From Bacteroides fragilis (GTDB lineage: Bacteria; Bacteroidota; Bacteroidia; Bacteroidales; DTGW01), in the NCBI GenBank assembly GCA_945889005.1, contig CAMDBI010000004.1, positions 66,349 to 130,348 on the forward strand: 64,000 bases of DNA. The letters run 5' to 3'. The notes below the pieces were generated by a model, which saw only the letters and a program-made list of their open reading frames with translations, had not been told where the DNA came from and ran no database searches. Positions 63,243 to 64,000 of this stretch are shown here, one piece after another. Within the stretch, counting starts at the first letter, position 1, and every line of letters begins with the position of its first letter. The position numbers were made by a program, and so were the translations under genes.

Positions 63243-63548
63243 TTATTGATGAGGGAGATATTGGAGGGGATACGTGTCTTTGTAGAGCGTATCGTTCCTC
63301 ACAATACACAATCCTTTCCATGGCTCTTGATTTGCTGCCGTGGAGATTATCCCCTGGATTGTACTATGTTGTTTGAGATCACTAGGACTCAGAATCTCTG
63401 GGCGGTTGAGATATGCATCAATGCCAGTTGTTTCTGTTTCTTTGAAAGAAGCATATATTTGTCCATGGTACCACTGTGTGGCTTTTGTTGTATTTCCCAG
63501 TGCAAGATAGCGCTGAGCTTGTACAAAGCAAACAAAGGACCATGACAT
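63243..63548 (-). CDS. Hypothetical small protein, or a remnant of a larger gene
   Basis: 101-aa ORF ending just before the two terminators. The frame stays open upstream to 63617 without another start codon, and a mirror ORF exists on the plus strand. Weak call. Confidence 0.25.
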   Translation of the reverse strand: MSWSFVCFVQAQRYLALGNTTKATQWYHGQIYASFKETETTGIDAYLNRPEILSPSDLKQHSTIQGIISTAANQEPWKGLCIVRNDTLYKDTYPLQYLPHQ

Positions 63549-63697
63549 GATATAGACATTTCTGTCTTGCTCAGCAAAATGTTCTGCGAGAGAGGCAAAG
63601 TTGCCTATTTTGTTTATTTATTCAAAGCTTTTTTATTGCTCCTGCAAACTTGTTTTTTTTTTATACATTTGTCGACATTGAATAAAGGAAAAAGAAA

Positions 63698-64000
63698 GTG
63701 AATATTTGCTCATTACAAGATGCTTCGTTTGATTTTGGTGTAAACCGTGAATTGTCACTTTTTGTGATGTTTAGGTCGAGTGGCTTTGTTTTTGCAGTTT
63801 TTGAACCTCAAACTTCAAAATATTATTGTTTGTTTGAAGAAAAAATGGATGAGTCGGTAGATTTTTGTGATTTTTTTCTGAATCATTGCAATGAGAATAG
63901 GTGGCTTTCTTTGGAGTTTAAGCAAAGCTTTTTTGTTTATGAAACACCCAATTTCATTATACATCCCGAAAAGCTACTTTCGTATACAAATGAACAGGCT
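63698..64000 (+). CDS. Hypothetical protein, 3'-truncated by the window end (GTG 63698 or ATG 63764 start)
   Basis: The frame is open from 63686 to the window end: NICSLQDASFDFGVNRELSLFVMFRSSGFVFAVFEPQTSKYYCLFEE... It is not in the ORF track because it has no stop. No family recognised with confidence. Confidence 0.4.
   Translation, partial: MNICSLQDASFDFGVNRELSLFVMFRSSGFVFAVFEPQTSKYYCLFEEKMDESVDFCDFFLNHCNENRWLSLEFKQSFFVYETPNFIIHPEKLLSYTNEQA

Noticed and set aside
63246-63545. 99-aa plus-strand ORF mirroring the minus-strand ORF 63243..63548
   Set aside because: The two bidirectional terminators lie upstream of it on the plus strand. That position fits a minus-strand gene ending at 63243. 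Neither ORF is recognisable, so only the minus one is listed, at low confidence.
1-64000. rRNA, tRNA, riboswitch or other known ncRNA genes
   Set aside because: I could not recognise any cloverleaf-like or conserved riboswitch core sequences in the intergenic regions. Absence by eye is weak evidence, so tRNAscan-SE/Infernal should be run.

Overview
This is a 64-kb chromosomal window from an AT-rich member of the Bacteroidota. I infer the phylum from the conserved bamD-rpoZ-coaBC-DUF4835-recN block, the T9SS sorting-domain and PorP/SprF genes, and Bacteroides-type TAnnTTTG promoter boxes. There are about 46 protein-coding genes. I saw no rRNA, tRNA, CRISPR array, integrase or IS transposase. 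Most of the window is housekeeping: clpB, a DEAD-box helicase, gpmI, mdh, a YggS-like gene, fabI, recN, coaBC, rpoZ, bamD, porin-glnK-amtB, guaA, an S41 protease and a THUMP methyltransferase. Two accessory blocks stand out. (i) 2398-5239 is a visibly lower-GC, tightly coupled three-gene island: a PD-(D/E)xK nuclease-like sce7726-type protein, a sce7725/Beta-protein-like protein, and a Zn-ribbon + RES-domain protein. It looks like an uncharacterised defence or abortive-infection module. (ii) 26517-53490 is a 27-kb co-directional surface-protein cluster. It holds two collinear giant paralogues (3590 and about 3260 aa), four small secreted paralogues, one T9SS type-B CTD protein and a PorP/SprF-like protein. 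Six of these proteins have no recognisable T9SS CTD but end in the same short tail: a beta-strand followed by P-V-T-G-P-x-Y-[RH]-x-P-N-[NQ], or degenerate versions of it. I consider this tail the most interesting and apparently undescribed signal here. Also present are a HEPN-MNT toxin-antitoxin pair plus an orphan MNT, SiaB/SiaC-like partner-switch genes, and three dispersed intergenic repeat families: 8-nt periodic AT-rich arrays hugging stop codons, GC-rich nested-hairpin elements, and CAAAG-rich long palindromes. All functional calls come from motif recognition by eye. No database search or computation was run.
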